A stretch of DNA of 64,000 nucleotides from Selaginella moellendorffii (taxonomy: Eukaryota; Plantae; Lycopodiophyta). The notes beneath the pieces were generated by a model. It saw only the letters and a list, made by a program, of their open reading frames with translations, did no database searches and had not been told where the DNA came from. Shown here piece after piece: positions 24,130-37,830 of this stretch. The stretch lies in the NCBI RefSeq assembly GCF_000143415.4, contig NW_003314273.1, forward strand, positions 692,074 to 756,073. Direction: 5' to 3'. How positions within the stretch are numbered: the first letter of the stretch is position 1; every line of letters begins with the position of its first letter. Position numbers and translations under genes: made by a program.

Positions 24130-26144
24130 GAGCCCTAAATTATCTTTTTCACAGGTTTGGGTTCGAGTCTTCGTGAAGACAATGCCTTTGTGTACTCTAG
24201 TAACCCTGTCACATTGCCACTTTAATAATCCGACCCAGATTTACCTATGTCAGTTGAGTAATATACAATGGCAATACATCTTTCGGATCTAATCCGAAGG
24301 ACCATTAAAGGACATGATGGTTGCAGTGTTGGTGGATTTTGAATCAGCAGCCTCCAGTATCAGATGCTTGGTGGTTTCTCGATGTGAGTTGCCATTGTCT
24401 CCTGCAGCCCGAGTTTTTCGTGTATTCTAAATGTCATCCAAAATTGCATCCATATGCAATCTTGTTTGTCTGGTGGTTCATCCTCACTACTAGATTCTAT
24501 ACCAATGTCTTCCATCCCAGGATCAGTGATGCTCCGATTATTGTGAAAGCAATCATAACCTAAATCTCTCTTCTCTATGAGCAGTTGTGACCCTAGATGA
24601 CCTACCACTTAACATATCATATGAGGACCACAAATCCTCAAAAATACCCACGCAACTTGACAGCAAGAGGCAAGTACAGGAGGAGGCGAGCAAGAAAACT
24701 GTTACATAGGCTTTACAGGAAAAGGATTGAACATTGTTGGAGAGTTTGATTTAATATCCATAAATAAAGCTAAACAAGTCAGGGACGGATCACTTTAATA
24801 ACAGTATACAGAAATCATTTTAATTGCAGAATGTACAGGAAAATGACAGCTCAAAATATTATTATTCATATCCATTACAAAAGTTTTCTCATTTGCAAAA
24901 AATCTTTACAATTTACTAGATATTCTGTTATATCAAATTTAATGATCGATTCAATTTAATAAATTAATTAGTGTTCAATGATATAAATCAAGTACCAATA
25001 ATATACATAAAGAATGTCAGCCTATTAAGAAAATGTTACTAGGGTATACAATCCCATTACCTCATATAAAATGGTAAATTGGTAGAAGTGATTATATACT
25101 TAAGATAAAAGTTTTAAGTATTGAAATGAATTATAATTCTTATTCATTTTATTTGTAAAATCTTTATTTTTTAGCTAAGTTAAAAGTAAAAAATTGTTAC
25201 TCAACTTAAAGATATTCCCAATCATTATTATATCAACTTTAAGCACATTTTGTTATTTGATAAAACTAAATATCAAACTTATTTTATTTGTAATATAGAT
25301 AGTTTTACAAAAACTTTTAAATAATTAAACTTACCATTTATGATGCTTATGTAACCAAGAAGAAATATCTAATTCAAAAGTATGAATAAATATTTGAATT
25401 TTTTGTTCTAAAGTTTATAAGTTTAATGAAAGTTTTATTTTCTTAACTTGTTCATTATTTATATAAAAATGAGAAAGAGACATACAAAACAAAACAGTAA
25501 AAAAATAAATTAAAGATCCAGTTATTCAAAAATACTATACCAAAAAGTTCTTGAGTGTCACTAATCATGGTGATAGTGTTATTTTAAAAAAAAAATATTG
25601 TTAAAATATTTTACTGTCATATTGGTAAATAATCAGAATATTTCTTGATTATAAAAACATATAAAGTGCTAAAAGATGATGTTTGTTATTCTTAGCTTCA
25701 TTATATTTTACCACTACTTATTAAGGAGGTTTTTTCTGTGTTTTGACTAATTCTAAAATGTTGAAATAAATCTTATAGTGATAGAAATTCATTTATTAGT
25801 TAAAAATTACAAAAATATGATGAAAATTACTACTAGTTTAATATTTTTTTAATAAAAAAATATTATTAGATCAACATAGCATTCTCCAATAAGAAAATAA
25901 AACAATTTCATCATAAATCTTAAAAGATATATCTCAAGCATTAATCTCACTATAGTCTCAACTCTTAATTACCTTAATTAGATAAGTGAGAGTAAATTAA
26001 CAAACATTAAAATTACTATATTAATACCATTTAACTTATTTGGAAATAATGTAGTACACGTGATTAGTGTAATTATTATAGTAAATAGAGATTTATATAT
26101 ATAAAAAACAAGTTTTGATTATTTTTGGTTTTGTTTTATTTTAA

Positions 26145-27265
26145 ATGTTAATGCAGGATTTCGACCATCTTGGAATTTCCTCTGGTCAAATAAGGATAAA
26201 TCCAACTTCTGCTATGTTAGCATCTCCTGATACCACTGTTATTTCGATTGTTGTTTCACAGGGTGCTGCAGTTACTCCTACGCTCACTCCTCAACCAGTT
26301 TCTGGAGCTGGAGCTGCTGGGACGTCCACTCATGCTCAAGCCACTCCAGACTCCAACGATGATCTGGCTGTTCTTCTGAACACCGATAGCTCTTCGGTGA
26401 TTCCTACTTCGGAAGGCACTTCTGATCTCGCTGATGCTATCACGAGCTGCTATGACAGCTCCAAGAAATCATTCTTGGAGAGTCTTAACAGCCAGGCATC
26501 AGAGATCAAAGCCATTTCGAAGTTGGAGGAAGTTCTGAGGGATATCCGCAGAATTGGAGAGTGAAGCAGCCTAAGCTCAAGACCAAGGATCCCGATGTAC
26601 AAAAGGAACTCAATGAGCTAGCTGGCTTTAAGCACACGGAGTACCAACTCACGCTCCTCAGTCTGCTGCTTGACGCTCGGAAAAAGGAACTTGTGATTTC
26701 TTCCGGGCAGGTCAAGAATGCTTGCAGGACATTCGGCGATCATCTCTTGGACATCGTTCTAACTGCCCTATAAGACATCTCCAACCCAAGCTCCAGAAGT
26801 CTTCTTCAGCGCGAGCTAGCGACGATGGTTTATGCCAAGAGAGATCTCTTTGCAAAAGACGTCGTCTTTGCTCAAGCTAACAGAAGGCTTCAGGAACAGA
26901 ATCGGCAGAACGCTGAGGATACTCGCCTGGCGGCACAGGACAAGGCAAAGTTGCTAAGCTGAAGAGTGCTCCTCTGAAAGACACAAAAGGAAAAGAAAAA
27001 GCCCAGTTGTGCCCTAGGATGATGTCATAGATTTGATTTGAGAAGGTAATTACCCGCAATGGTGATAGGTTCTGAGGTGCAACGGGAAGTGTACTTGATG
27101 TACGGACAATGCAGATGTCGTCTTGTTATCGCCATAAAATACACGAAAAAGGAGACAATGGCAACTCACATCGAGAAACCACCGAGCGTCTGAGTCCACC
27201 GAGAGATTGGCCTCTGGATCGATACTGGAGGCTGCTGATTCGACTGCGACCATCATGTCCTTTAA
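26145..27265 (+). pseudogene. Decayed coiled-coil-rich ORF of unknown (probably TE ORF1-like) function
   Basis: Frameshifted paralog of 36662-37830(-), e.g. DLADAITSCYDSSKKSF and KQPKLK.KDP.VQKELNELAGFKHTEYQLTLL. Confidence 0.55.
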
Positions 27266-27737
27266 TGGTCCTTCGGATTAGATCCGAGAGATGTATTGCC
27301 ATTGTATATTACTCGACTGAGCAAGGGTAATGCGACCATCGCTAGAGCAGGGTCTCATTCTCCAACTTGCTATGATAAGCCAATGCGCAAGATCTGGATC
27401 ACGGGCCTGGACGGGGATTGCAGAACATGGATGTATTCAAGATGGCAAGATGCCCATGACTACACAGAAACAGAAACGAGAGCAGGATCACGAGCAACAA
27501 AAGATACAAGTACAGAATCCAGCACAGGATGGAAGACCCTATACTGGAGGCTAGAAACTAGAGTAACTTTTTCTGGTTTGAAGTTCACGAAATCTAGTAA
27601 TAGATTAATTCCCCTTTTATCCACGGTTGGGTTAGGCTATAACTCTAAGGTTTGGGTTCAATTCTTCTCAAATTTTTTTCCTAGAAGTTATATGGATCAA
27701 ACCTACTTTGTTTAAATCCGTGTTTTTCAAATATGGT

Positions 27738-27837
27738 NNNNNNNNNNNNNNNNNNNNNNNNNNNNNNNNNNNNNNNNNNNNNNNNNNNNNNNNNNNNNNN
27801 NNNNNNNNNNNNNNNNNNNNNNNNNNNNNNNNNNNNN
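27738..27837. other. Assembly gap (100 N)
   Basis: Run of N. Confidence 1.
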
Positions 27838-28608
27838 TCAAAGTTTGAGAAGAATGTCGTGTTTGCATTTGAAAATCATGTGAACTTTAAGTGAGGTTTT
27901 TATAAATATCAAATCTTTGTTGAAAAAGGACTTAAGATGGTGGAATCTTTGAATTTAATATTCCTAGCTTTTAACCAACATGTAAGTACTTTATTTCCCG
28001 GACAGAGTTCTTCAAAAGCGTTAGTAATCTCGAATATGTTCCTCCCTCTGCACATCCGCTTATCAAAAAAGCCCTCGAGCGTGTCAGAAACAGACTTGTC
28101 CATGCAATCGACTCCTGCCCTCCTAAAAATACATCGCAACAATAAAAAAGAACAAAGAAGAAGACCAAAAATCTATAGGAAAAGAACATACCTCCATTAG
28201 GATTTTAAAAAAGGATCAAATTGGCCAGGAAATACAAACAAAGCTCCGATGAACAAGAACCTTTAAGAACAAGAACATGATCCTTTTAGGTTTGCTCCTC
28301 CATTTATAGTCATAGCTGATTCAAACAAAAATAAAGAAATTGAACTGTATTCTATAAATTTCATTGTTCCAAGCAATTGCAAAAGTTCATGAAGCAAATG
28401 TTGTGAGTGCATGGAATATGGAAAGAGAATACAGAAATGTGCATATCAATTAGCCCAAAAACCCTAGCTTATATACATGAGTGAGTGGCCCGGATTGAAA
28501 CCAATCCGATGGCTACCAAAATCCCACTACACTAATATTAGTATACGGCATCGTAGCCGTACACTTGGCCCTCACATCATCCCCTCCTCTCGGAATAATG
28601 GAAGGCCG

Positions 28609-31600
28609 TCAGGGTTCTCTTGTAGATGGGCCGGGATCTAGAGGAACGTCAGGAGGAGGCATCGGTGGATCTGTAGACGGTATTAACTGCTCCTGATCCC
28701 TTTGTATGAAGCGTTTTAACCGCTGCACATGCACAATCTCCAGAGGATCGGCATGCTGAACGTCATGCTGAACCTCATAAACTTGTGGTCCAACTTGCCG
28801 CAACACCCGATGCGGTCCTTTCCACTGCGCAAGGAGCTCCTTAGATAAACCACGTACCGTAAGATGGGGAAAACGGACTAACACTAAATCATCCACTTTG
28901 TACTCTGCAGGTGGACAATGATGGGAATTGTAGCGCCGTTGTTATCCCACTTGTACACGGCCTAAGTGTTCAGTAGACTCTACTCGGACAAGTGGAAGAA
29001 TGCTTGTCAAATATTGATCCCATGACCTAGCATCAGGAGCTCGTGGCAATCGCAAAGGTAAACCCAACTCTATTGGTAATATTGGATCATGACCATATAG
29101 AAGTTTATATGGTGAAGCACCAATAGAACTCTGCACCCCTGTGACATAGGCATACCGAAGAGACGGCAAATAACCATGAATGCTGAAAGTTCACATACTT
29201 CGCAATCATCCCTTTGAATGTCCGAACGAGCCGTTCCACCAGACCGTCTGATTATGGATGATAAGCACTCGTAAAAGTGTGGCGTATCCCCAACCGAGAT
29301 GTTAAAACATGAAATACCTCAGCCATAAATGCAGGACCATTATCCGAAAGAATCCGCTCTGGACAAGAATGCTGGAACACCACTCGATTGAGGAGGAAGT
29401 ATCCAACAACAGTTGCAGAGGCACTAGCAAGAGCACCAACTTCCACCCAACGAGTCAAGTAGTCAGAAGCAATAATAACATACTCATTGCCAGCAGTCGA
29501 TCATGGAAAAGGTCCCATAAGATCAAACGCCACCAACTCAAATGGACGAGAAACTGCAATTGACTCCAACCATCCTTCCGCAGCACAAGGGGGAGTATTA
29601 CGAGTTTGGCACCAAACGCAGCTATGCACATACCGGATAATATCACGTCGCATCTCTGGCCAATAGAAAGATCTGCGCAGCTTCTCGGTGACACGACGGT
29701 GTCCCATATGACCACCTAGAACAGGAGAATCATGGTAGGCATGGAGAAACCGCGGAATAAACACCGAAGGCACCACCAGCCGTAAATGACCATCAGGATC
29801 CGTCCCCACAAAATAAAGAAGGCCATCTTCAAGGCGATATTGAGAATGTAAATGCCGGAAGGGCAAGTCATCAGCAAGTGATGCAGGATTCTCAAACCCA
29901 TCTCAAAGCCTTCGAATCCACGGCTCAATCTTTTGAGCCTCGCGAACCTCATCAAGAGAAGGTAGATCTTGCTCTGCGCCCTGTGGACACTGAACGTCAA
30001 GGACAGCAACTGCCGATGGCACAGAATCCTCATCTAGAAAATCCACAGATGCTGGAACAACAGGTTCGTTAGAAACATGAGAAGTGAGTGGAGAAGGAAG
30101 AGGAGCTCGAGAAAGGGCATCAGCATCAGCCATAGAACTCCCTGGGCGATGAACAACATCGAAATCATATATCTGAAGCTTCAAAGCCTATCGAGCCGTA
30201 CGACCAACCAAGTTCTTCCGCTTCAATAATGAAGTAACAGCAGCATGATCACCTTCAAGTAACGTCCGAAAACCATGTAGATATGCATGAAGTTTTTCGA
30301 AACCCCAGACTGCTGCTAAACACTCCTTCTCCGTCGTGGAGTAGTTCATCTCTGCTGGTTGTAATGTACGGCTTATGTATGCAATGGGATGGCGCTGACC
30401 AGGCACACTTGAGCTCTCTTGCATCAACACACCTCCAAGACCAATGTCAGAAGCATCCACGCGCAAAATAAAAGGCCGAGTGTAGTCAGGATATGCCAAA
30501 ACCAAAGGAGTCGTCAATAGCTCTTTGACATTCACGAACGCCCGCTCACAATCCGGAGACCAGATGAAAGATGACGTGGATGACTTCAGCAATGCTCGCA
30601 ATGGTGTAGTGCGATCAGAAAGATGATCCACAAAACGACCGAGGTACTGCACCTACCCAAAAAGCGCTGCACATCATTCACACACTTCGGAGTAGGGAAC
30701 TTTAGAACGGCTACAAGTTTGTCAGGATCAACTTGCAAACCCTCACGAGAAATACGGTACCTAAGATAAGTTGTGTCCTTGGACCCAAACACGCACTTCG
30801 ACCGCTTCAGCTTTAAACCAACGTCGCGTAGCCGATCCAACACTTTACAAACATCACGAACGTGCTCCTCCCACGTCCCCTCCGAGTGGATCAAGACATC
30901 ATCAATGAAGTCAGCCGTCACCTCCGGCATATCGCAAAGAACCTCGTCCATCATCCGCTGAAAAGTTGCTGGAGCATTGTTCAAACCAAACGGCATCACC
31001 AAGAACTCGTACAGACCAAATGGTGTACGAAAAGCAGTCTTAGGAATATCTTCTTCGGCCATCGGTACTTGCCAATACCCAGAAGCAAGATCTAGCTTGG
31101 TGAACCAACGACTTCGCCCCAAACGATCCAAGAGATCAGCAGTGTGAGGAAGAGGGTACACGTCCGAGATCGTCACTTTATTTAACGAACGATAGTCGAT
31201 GTAGAAACGAATACTACCATCAGGCTTCGTCACAAGATAAGGTTCACATGCCCAAAGACTCCGCGACTTCCGAATAACACCCTTCTCCAACATCTCTTTA
31301 ACGTTTGCACGTAAAATCTTGATCTCCTTGGGTGACCGACGACGAACAGGAACCTTGATTGGACGAGCATCCCCGGTTGGAATGGGATGACGTGTGGCAA
31401 TCTTGGCCCCAGACGATAGGTCAAATTCAAAGAGATCAGAATACTCCTTCATGAGCCGGTCAACCGCTGCAACACAAAGATCATCGGAGGGATCGGGAAA
31501 GGGAAGAGCAGAACAAGATGGAAACACAAGAGGAAACAGTGGGGGAACAAAAGTAATGGAAGCAGAGGTAGAAGTAGAGGGACGAAGAGGTACGGAAGTG

Positions 31601-31920
31601 AGAGGAATAGATGAAACATAAGGAAGTATGAGACAAGGGGGAGAAGCCTCAAAGTCACACTTGGCATGATTGCGCTGCAACCAATCCATACCAAGAATGA
31701 GGTCAAAAGCTTGACTCGGCACCACCCGCAACGACTGCAACTCAAACTCGAGATCGCCCACACGCACAACCAGATCCGTCTCATCTCGTGCACATGCATG
31801 TGTACGGCCGTTGCCATAAAGAATGAAAACTGGATCTGCCGCACGACGCAAGTGTAGACGACAACGTGTGGCAACAGGTCGAGCAATAGAAGATAAACTC
31901 GAACTTGTATAAACCAACAC
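28609..31920 (-). pseudogene. pol: Gypsy pol (protease-like, RT, RNase H, integrase) with several frameshifts/stops
   Basis: FDLILGMDWL, LDLASGYWQV, VMPFGLNNAPATFQR, FIDDVLI, DASDIGLGGVL, NYSTTEKECLA, HDSPVLGGH...CVWC, SDNGPAF, WKGPHRV. Confidence 0.92.
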
Positions 31921-32141
31921 GGAGAGAAGAATAGGAGACCTCTTATTATAAAAACAAGTTTAGAAAGTAAACACTGGATGAACCGGTGCTGAGTGAACCC
32001 CTTGATGATACTCTCGAAAGAAAGATGGAGGGGTCACTAACTTATTCGCGCAAGGTCCCTCCATTACTCGCGCGACTCCTCGTTTCCCGAATGCACCTCG
32101 GTATCCAAACCTTCCATCGCAGCAACACCAACGGGACGTTG

Positions 32142-32996
32142 CTAACGCCAAGGTCTCCACCCAAGAAATGGAGGTCGCCAATCCGGAAAGCGCCGACAAC
32201 GCCGATAAGTATGACCAACTTCATCACATGCCCAGCAATGAACATCACGGCCATGACCACGTCCTCGCCCTTGTCCTTCGACTCGAGTAGCAGCAGCATC
32301 AACTTCCATGGGAACAAGACCATCACTCATAGGAAGTGGGGCTGAAGGACGTGTAGCAAGAAGTGGAAGAGGTGACGTCTCATAACGTTGTGCCAAACGA
32401 AGAGCATCGTCAAGAGTGGCAGGAGCAAGTGCATGCACAAGTCCGACAAGATCTTGACGAAGTGCTGGCCACAACATTCCTAGCTTGATCCGCTCCGACA
32501 TATTTGGCTCCGCACGAAGCAAAAGACTTCGGAAACGAACGCCAAATTGCATCACCGACTCAGATGGCCCTTGGCGAAGACGATGCAATTGTTGGAAGGC
32601 ATCATCACAATCATCGGCGTGTCCGAAGGCGCGTTTGAAGACGTCCGGAAGAACACTCCAATCGCCACGAGTGGCTGCGCTCAATCCATTGTACCACTGC
32701 AATGCCGTCCCTTGGAGACATGTGGGGAACTCACGCAAACATCGAGCATCATCCCAAGAATGATATGTGGCAATCACCGTGAAGTGATCGAACCAATGGT
32801 ACACATCATCCCTAGGACTCCCACGAAAGAACTCCGGCCGAACACGAGGATTGGCACCAAGAGCAGGAGGAGTTGTACCATGTGCCGTGAACGCCGCCAT
32901 CAACTGAGTTTGGTTGTTCAATTGCAAGCGTATAGCATCAAGCAATTGAACCAACTGCTGCTCTAGAGTCAAAGGAGGAGATTGTGGATCGGCCAT
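32142..32996 (-). CDS. gag: Gypsy Gag with CCHC zinc knuckle
   Basis: PEFFRG, LQGTALQWY, LRQGPSESV, CWACDEVGHTYRRC. Confidence 0.9.
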   Translation of the reverse strand: MADPQSPPLTLEQQLVQLLDAIRLQLNNQTQLMAAFTAHGTTPPALGANPRVRPEFFRGSPRDDVYHWFDHFTVIATYHSWDDARCLREFPTCLQGTALQWYNGLSAATRGDWSVLPDVFKRAFGHADDCDDAFQQLHRLRQGPSESVMQFGVRFRSLLLRAEPNMSERIKLGMLWPALRQDLVGLVHALAPATLDDALRLAQRYETSPLPLLATRPSAPLPMSDGLVPMEVDAAATRVEGQGRGRGHGRDVHCWACDEVGHTYRRCRRFPDWRPPFLGWRPWR

Positions 32997-33897
32997 GAAG
33001 ATGAATGAAAAAGAAAGAGCAAAAGAAGAGAAATGACAAAAAGCTGGAAAGAAATGGTAGATCTAGACAATGCAAAAAGCTAGATCTAAACCAAAATCCT
33101 AAAAGGAAAGAACAAAAGAAAGGAAATGGAAAAAGTTAGATTTAAACCGAAATCCCAAATCCAAGCACTCCCTAGGGATAATCAAAAGTGCCCCTCACCT
33201 CCACCAAATACAGAAATGTGTATATCAATTAGCCCAAAAACCCTAGCTTATATACAGGAGCGAATGGTCCGGATTGAAACCAATCCAATGGCTACCAAAA
33301 TCCCACTACGTTAATATTAGTATACGGCATCATAGCCATACTTAAATCTTGGCTTAAACTTACATGTTCTACCAAGCACAAGCGTCTGACTGTCTGGTCG
33401 TCCTTTAAAAAGTACTAAGATTCTAAACAAGAAATACATGTATTATTCACTTCTTGAATTTGTAATTCAAAAGCATTTTAATTTTTTTTTTTTATTGTCT
33501 ACGTCCAACCACAAGCCTCAACTCATTGCAGAGGTTCAACAAGCAATGCCTAAAACCTTCACCTCGGGCATAAACGTACACCCCCATGCAAACCTAGTTC
33601 AGCATTCAGTGTTGGCAAAAACAGTAGCTGTTGTACCAACGAGAGCCTCCCGACAACTTTGTCAATGCACGACATAAGTACGGTAGTTCAACCAACAGCT
33701 AGCGACAACAAAACCGAGTTCGGCACCACTACCATGCTGTTATCTACGTATTGCAGTTTTCAAAGCTGGAGGTCCATATACTTTCAAATCCTTGGGGCGT
33801 GAGACTCGGGCATGTGCTGTCAAGCTCAAGACAGAAAAACTGTAACTATCAAACGACTTCACAAGAAATTCAAGCGTCATCCTCCATCTCTGTGTCT

Positions 33898-36234
33898 TCA
33901 TCTAAAGTCGTCCTCATCATCTTCCTCGACTTCCACTGCAAAGATAACTCAACAGTTGGTGACTAAACGAAAGAATGAAACGAAGCTTACGTCCATGGCC
34001 GACTTTGCAATCATCACATATCCAGACCTCCTCGTTTCTGTAGCTTGTACATCCCACGTGGTACCAACTGTTGCAGAAGCTGCAAAGCACTTCCTCCGGA
34101 GTCTTGTCTTTGCCACATTGTCGACAAAACATGTCCACTTTGCCTCTCAGTTCTTTGACCCGCTCATCAATAGAGCTCAACGCGTAGTGCAAATCTCCGA
34201 ATGGCGTGAACACTTCCTCGTAGTCTGCTTCCTTATCCTCAGGGACGTAAGCGGATTCTTCAAGGTCGGAAAGAACCCAGACGAGAACCTTTCTTCTGGA
34301 GTCCCCTTCAAAGATCTTTTTTGCGACTTCTTTGGTGTGACGATGAAGCTTCACGGCATCTTTAGCAACGCTTATCTGGAAGACGATGAGCACCTGCTGG
34401 TCGGCATAATACACATCGGCTCCAATGTGATTGTAGTTCTGGTTCACGAAGAGCGTCGGACTTCTACTCACCTTTTTCAAGCTGACCATGGATCGCGTCA
34501 TCTTGTTAACGGGCACAACCTGGAGATGGTGACTCAGTGTCACATTGGCCCCTGTTATGCCGACGTTGAGAAGCTTCAGGGCAAGTATTGTGGCTTCCTC
34601 AGCATTCCACCCAATGGTGCACATGTTCCTGCTTTCTGAGATACCCTGCGTGAAGTAGCGAACTTCTGCTTCCATGTCGCGGTCCTGCTTCCTGCGTAGC
34701 TCTTGAGCTAGCCAAACATGAGCAAGCGTCTGCAAATGCTGCGTCAGACAGTGACCTTTGCCGTCAGCACCGCGATAGTAACACCTGGAGTCCATGGCCT
34801 CGGATAGAACAGAGATGCGTCTCCCTGCAATAGCCTTAAGGAGCTCGTTCCGAGTCCATCGTCCATCACCGTTGTTGACCGGCTTCCGGATGACTTCAAG
34901 CAGCGACTTCTCAAGTCCCTTTACATTCTCGCCCAACAGGTACTTGCTTGAAAGGCGCCCCTTCTTTAAATGGATCCAGTAATCAACCAGCCAAGGCACT
35001 GTGCCAGTCAATCTGTAGTCCAGCTCTTCAAAACTCATGCCCTGACGTTTCAAGTAAACTCCGAGCTCCGTGAACTGTCGAAAAACAAAATTGAGCTCAG
35101 CGTAAGTAAAGAATGACACTTACGTTAAATCCCCCCACGCAAGTGTGGAATTCTACTTCAGGAGTTTTTGAAATCTCTTTCCTCAAGGAGCTCCTCACGG
35201 AGGCACAGATGACTGTGGTGCACTCGAGAGGGATTTCATCGATAAAGTCGCGTGCAGCCATCTTCTGATTGCTTACAGACGGTGAATCGTCCTTGCTCAC
35301 ATCCATCGCATTTCCATCGTCAATGAAAATGAAGATTTTCTCCCCCCGTGTACGTAAGAAATGAAGCATCTTTGGGGCGTCCTCGTTCGCAGCTATCAGT
35401 CGCTTGTGAACAGCCGGCTCGTGGATATAGGCCAAAACCAAGGCTTTGTATACTGCTCGCACCGGATCCTTCATGAAATAGTTTCCAGCCAGAAGTAAGA
35501 ACCGGCATGTCGCAAGATCTGGCATCTTCGTTTCCCTCTTAGCAAGCTGGTTCGCTTCACCTTTGCTGGTAATCTCTGGTTGCTTGCTGGTAATGTTTGG
35601 TGGTATCTCCTGTTCACCCGGTGCCCCCATGTCTAGCGGAATCACGCGAACGTCCAACAAGTTGCTGATTGATAAGGCAAAGTTCTCGTTAGACAATGCA
35701 TGTAGAGCTGCAAAACAAGAGGCCTTACCTTGGGACATTGACGGTAACCTCTGGCTTGATCTCTTCACTCTGTGGTAACCCTTGCGTTTCCTTGAGCTGT
35801 TTGGCCTTGATTGCCAAGTGCGACTTGACAAGCAGAAAGCCCACTCCAGCACAAATGCTGACACTTTTGCCAAACCCGGGTGTCCCTGTGATGTACTTAG
35901 GTTTCGCAAAGGGCAGCCGCAGCCTGGGACAATCATCCCTGTCGCTAAGAAATACGAAATCTATGAGATCCTTCGTCACCTTTCGACCCATGTAATCAAA
36001 CTCTCCCAGATTTCCACTCATGTCCGGAGCCAACAGCCGGCACCACGTTTCGTTGCTCGTTAAGCTCTCCATTGTCAGATGCCCAAAACATTCCTCCAAT
36101 CTCACGGAGAATGTCCAAGCTTCCTCGAACTCATCCATGACCTTCCTTCTTTTCTCTGTAACCACAGATGACAACTGTGCGAAACGCTTACCGCGTCCGC
36201 TGAGCTCCGCCATAGCTTTAGGTTTAGAAAACAT
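33898..36234 (-). CDS. Crinkler/RHS-like NTPase + REase + PHD protein, copy 2 (~722 aa)
   Basis: Colinear with copy 1 at offset 12105 with the same three introns and all motifs intact. An 8-nt deletion in the last exon shortens the acidic tail. Confidence 0.75.
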
Positions 36235-36661
36235 GAACCCTAAATGCTTTTTAATTATCTTTTTCGCAGGTTTGGGTTCGAGTCTTCGTGAAGACAATGC
36301 CTTTGTGTTAAAGTCGTGTAATCCTTAGACTCGCTAGTAACCCTGTCACATTGCCACTTTAATAATCCCTAACTTGAGACCTAGCAGAGGCCTAGATTTA
36401 CCTATGTAGTACTCATGGTCTGTTACTAATTCAAAAGCAGTGCGTCACTTGCCTAATGTCCAGCTGTAGGTAATGTTACCATCTTTTCTACTCGGGGTCG
36501 TATGGACATATCTAATACTGAGTCTCACCCTTGCCCAGGCGCATTGGCTTATCATAGCAAGTTGGAGAATGAGACCCTACTCTAGCGATGGTCGCATTAC
36601 CCTTGCTCAGTCGAGTAATATACAATGGCAATACATCTCTCGGATCTAATCCGAAGGACCA

Positions 36662-37830
36662 TTAAAGGACATTGATGGTCGCAGTGTTGGTGGATTTCGA
36701 ATCAGCAGCCTCCAGTATCAGACGCTCGGTGGTTTCTCGATGTGAGTTGCCATTGTCTCCTGCAGCCCGAGTTTTTCGTGTATTCTATGGCGATAACAAG
36801 ACGACATCTGCATTGTCGGTACATCAAGCACACTTCCCGTTGCACCTCAGAACCTATCACAAGGAACTACCATTGCGGGTAATTGCCTTCTCAAATCAAA
36901 TCTATGACATCATCCTAGGGTACAACTGGATCACCAGAGCTTTTTCTTTTCCTTTTGTGTCTTTCAGAGAAGGAGCACTCTTCAGCTTAGCAACTTTGCC
37001 TTGTCCTGTGCCGCCAGGCGAGCATCCTCAGCGTTCTGCCGGTTCTGTTCCTGAAGCCTTCTGTTAGCTTGAGCAAAGATGACGTCTTTTGCAAAGAGAT
37101 CTCTCTTGGCATAAACCATCGCCGCTAGCTCGCGCTGAAGAAGACTTCTGGAGCTTGGGTTGGAGATGTCTTGTAGGGCAGTTAGAACGATGTCCAAGAG
37201 ATGATCGTCGAATGTCCTGCAAGCATTCTTGACCTGCCCGGAAAAAATCACAAGTTCCTTTTTCCGAGCGTCAAGCAGCAGACTGAGGAGCGTGAGTTGG
37301 TACTCCGTGTGCTTAAAGCCAGCTAGCTCATTGAGTTCCTTTTGTACATTGGGATCCTTGATCTTGAGCTTAGGCTGCTTCACTCTCCAATTCTGCGGAA
37401 TCACTTTATCCCTCAGAACCTCCTCCAACTTCGAAATGGCTTTGATCTCTGATGCCTGGCTGTTAAGACTCTCCCAGAATGATTTCTTGGAGCTGTCATA
37501 GCAGCTCGTGATAGCATCAGCGAGATCAGAAGTGCCTTCCGAAGTAGGAATCACCGAAGAGCTATCGGTGTTCAGAAGAACAGCCAGGTCATCCTTGGAG
37601 TCTGGAGTGGCTTGAGCATGAGTGGACGTCCTAGCAGCTCCAGCTCCAGAAACTGGTTGAGGAGTGAGTGTAGGAGTAACTACAGCACCCTGTGAAACGA
37701 CAATCGAAATAACAATGGTATCAGGAGATTCTAACGTAGCAGAAGTTGGATTTATCAGGAGATGCTAACATAGCAGAAGTTGGATTTACCCTTATTTGAC
37801 CAGAGGAAATTACTGGTTGAAATCCTATAT
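36662..37830 (-). pseudogene. Coiled-coil-rich ORF (ORF1-like), less decayed copy, upstream of and co-oriented with Crinkler-like copy 2
   Basis: 190-aa ORF at 36982-37554 plus flanking frameshifted segments; inverted paralog of 26145-27265. Confidence 0.55.

Larger units (their letters stand above)
28402..33342 (-). mobile_element. Ty3/gypsy LTR retrotransposon, decayed, 175-bp LTRs
   Basis: 3' LTR 28402-28576 (TGTGAG...CTCACA) with PPT AGAGGAGGGGATGA; partial 5' LTR about 33207-33342; PBS-like TGGTGGAGGTGAGGGG; domain order gag-RT-RNaseH-integrase. Confidence 0.92.

Noticed and set aside
33812-34639. 275-aa plus-strand ORF
   Set aside because: Antisense to the Crinkler-like exon 3 and broken by a stop in the paralogous copy.
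36300-36660. Spacer as hammerhead ribozyme or dicistrovirus-type IRES
   Set aside because: No CUGAUGA/GAAA core or recognisable IRES motifs found by eye; left as an open question only.
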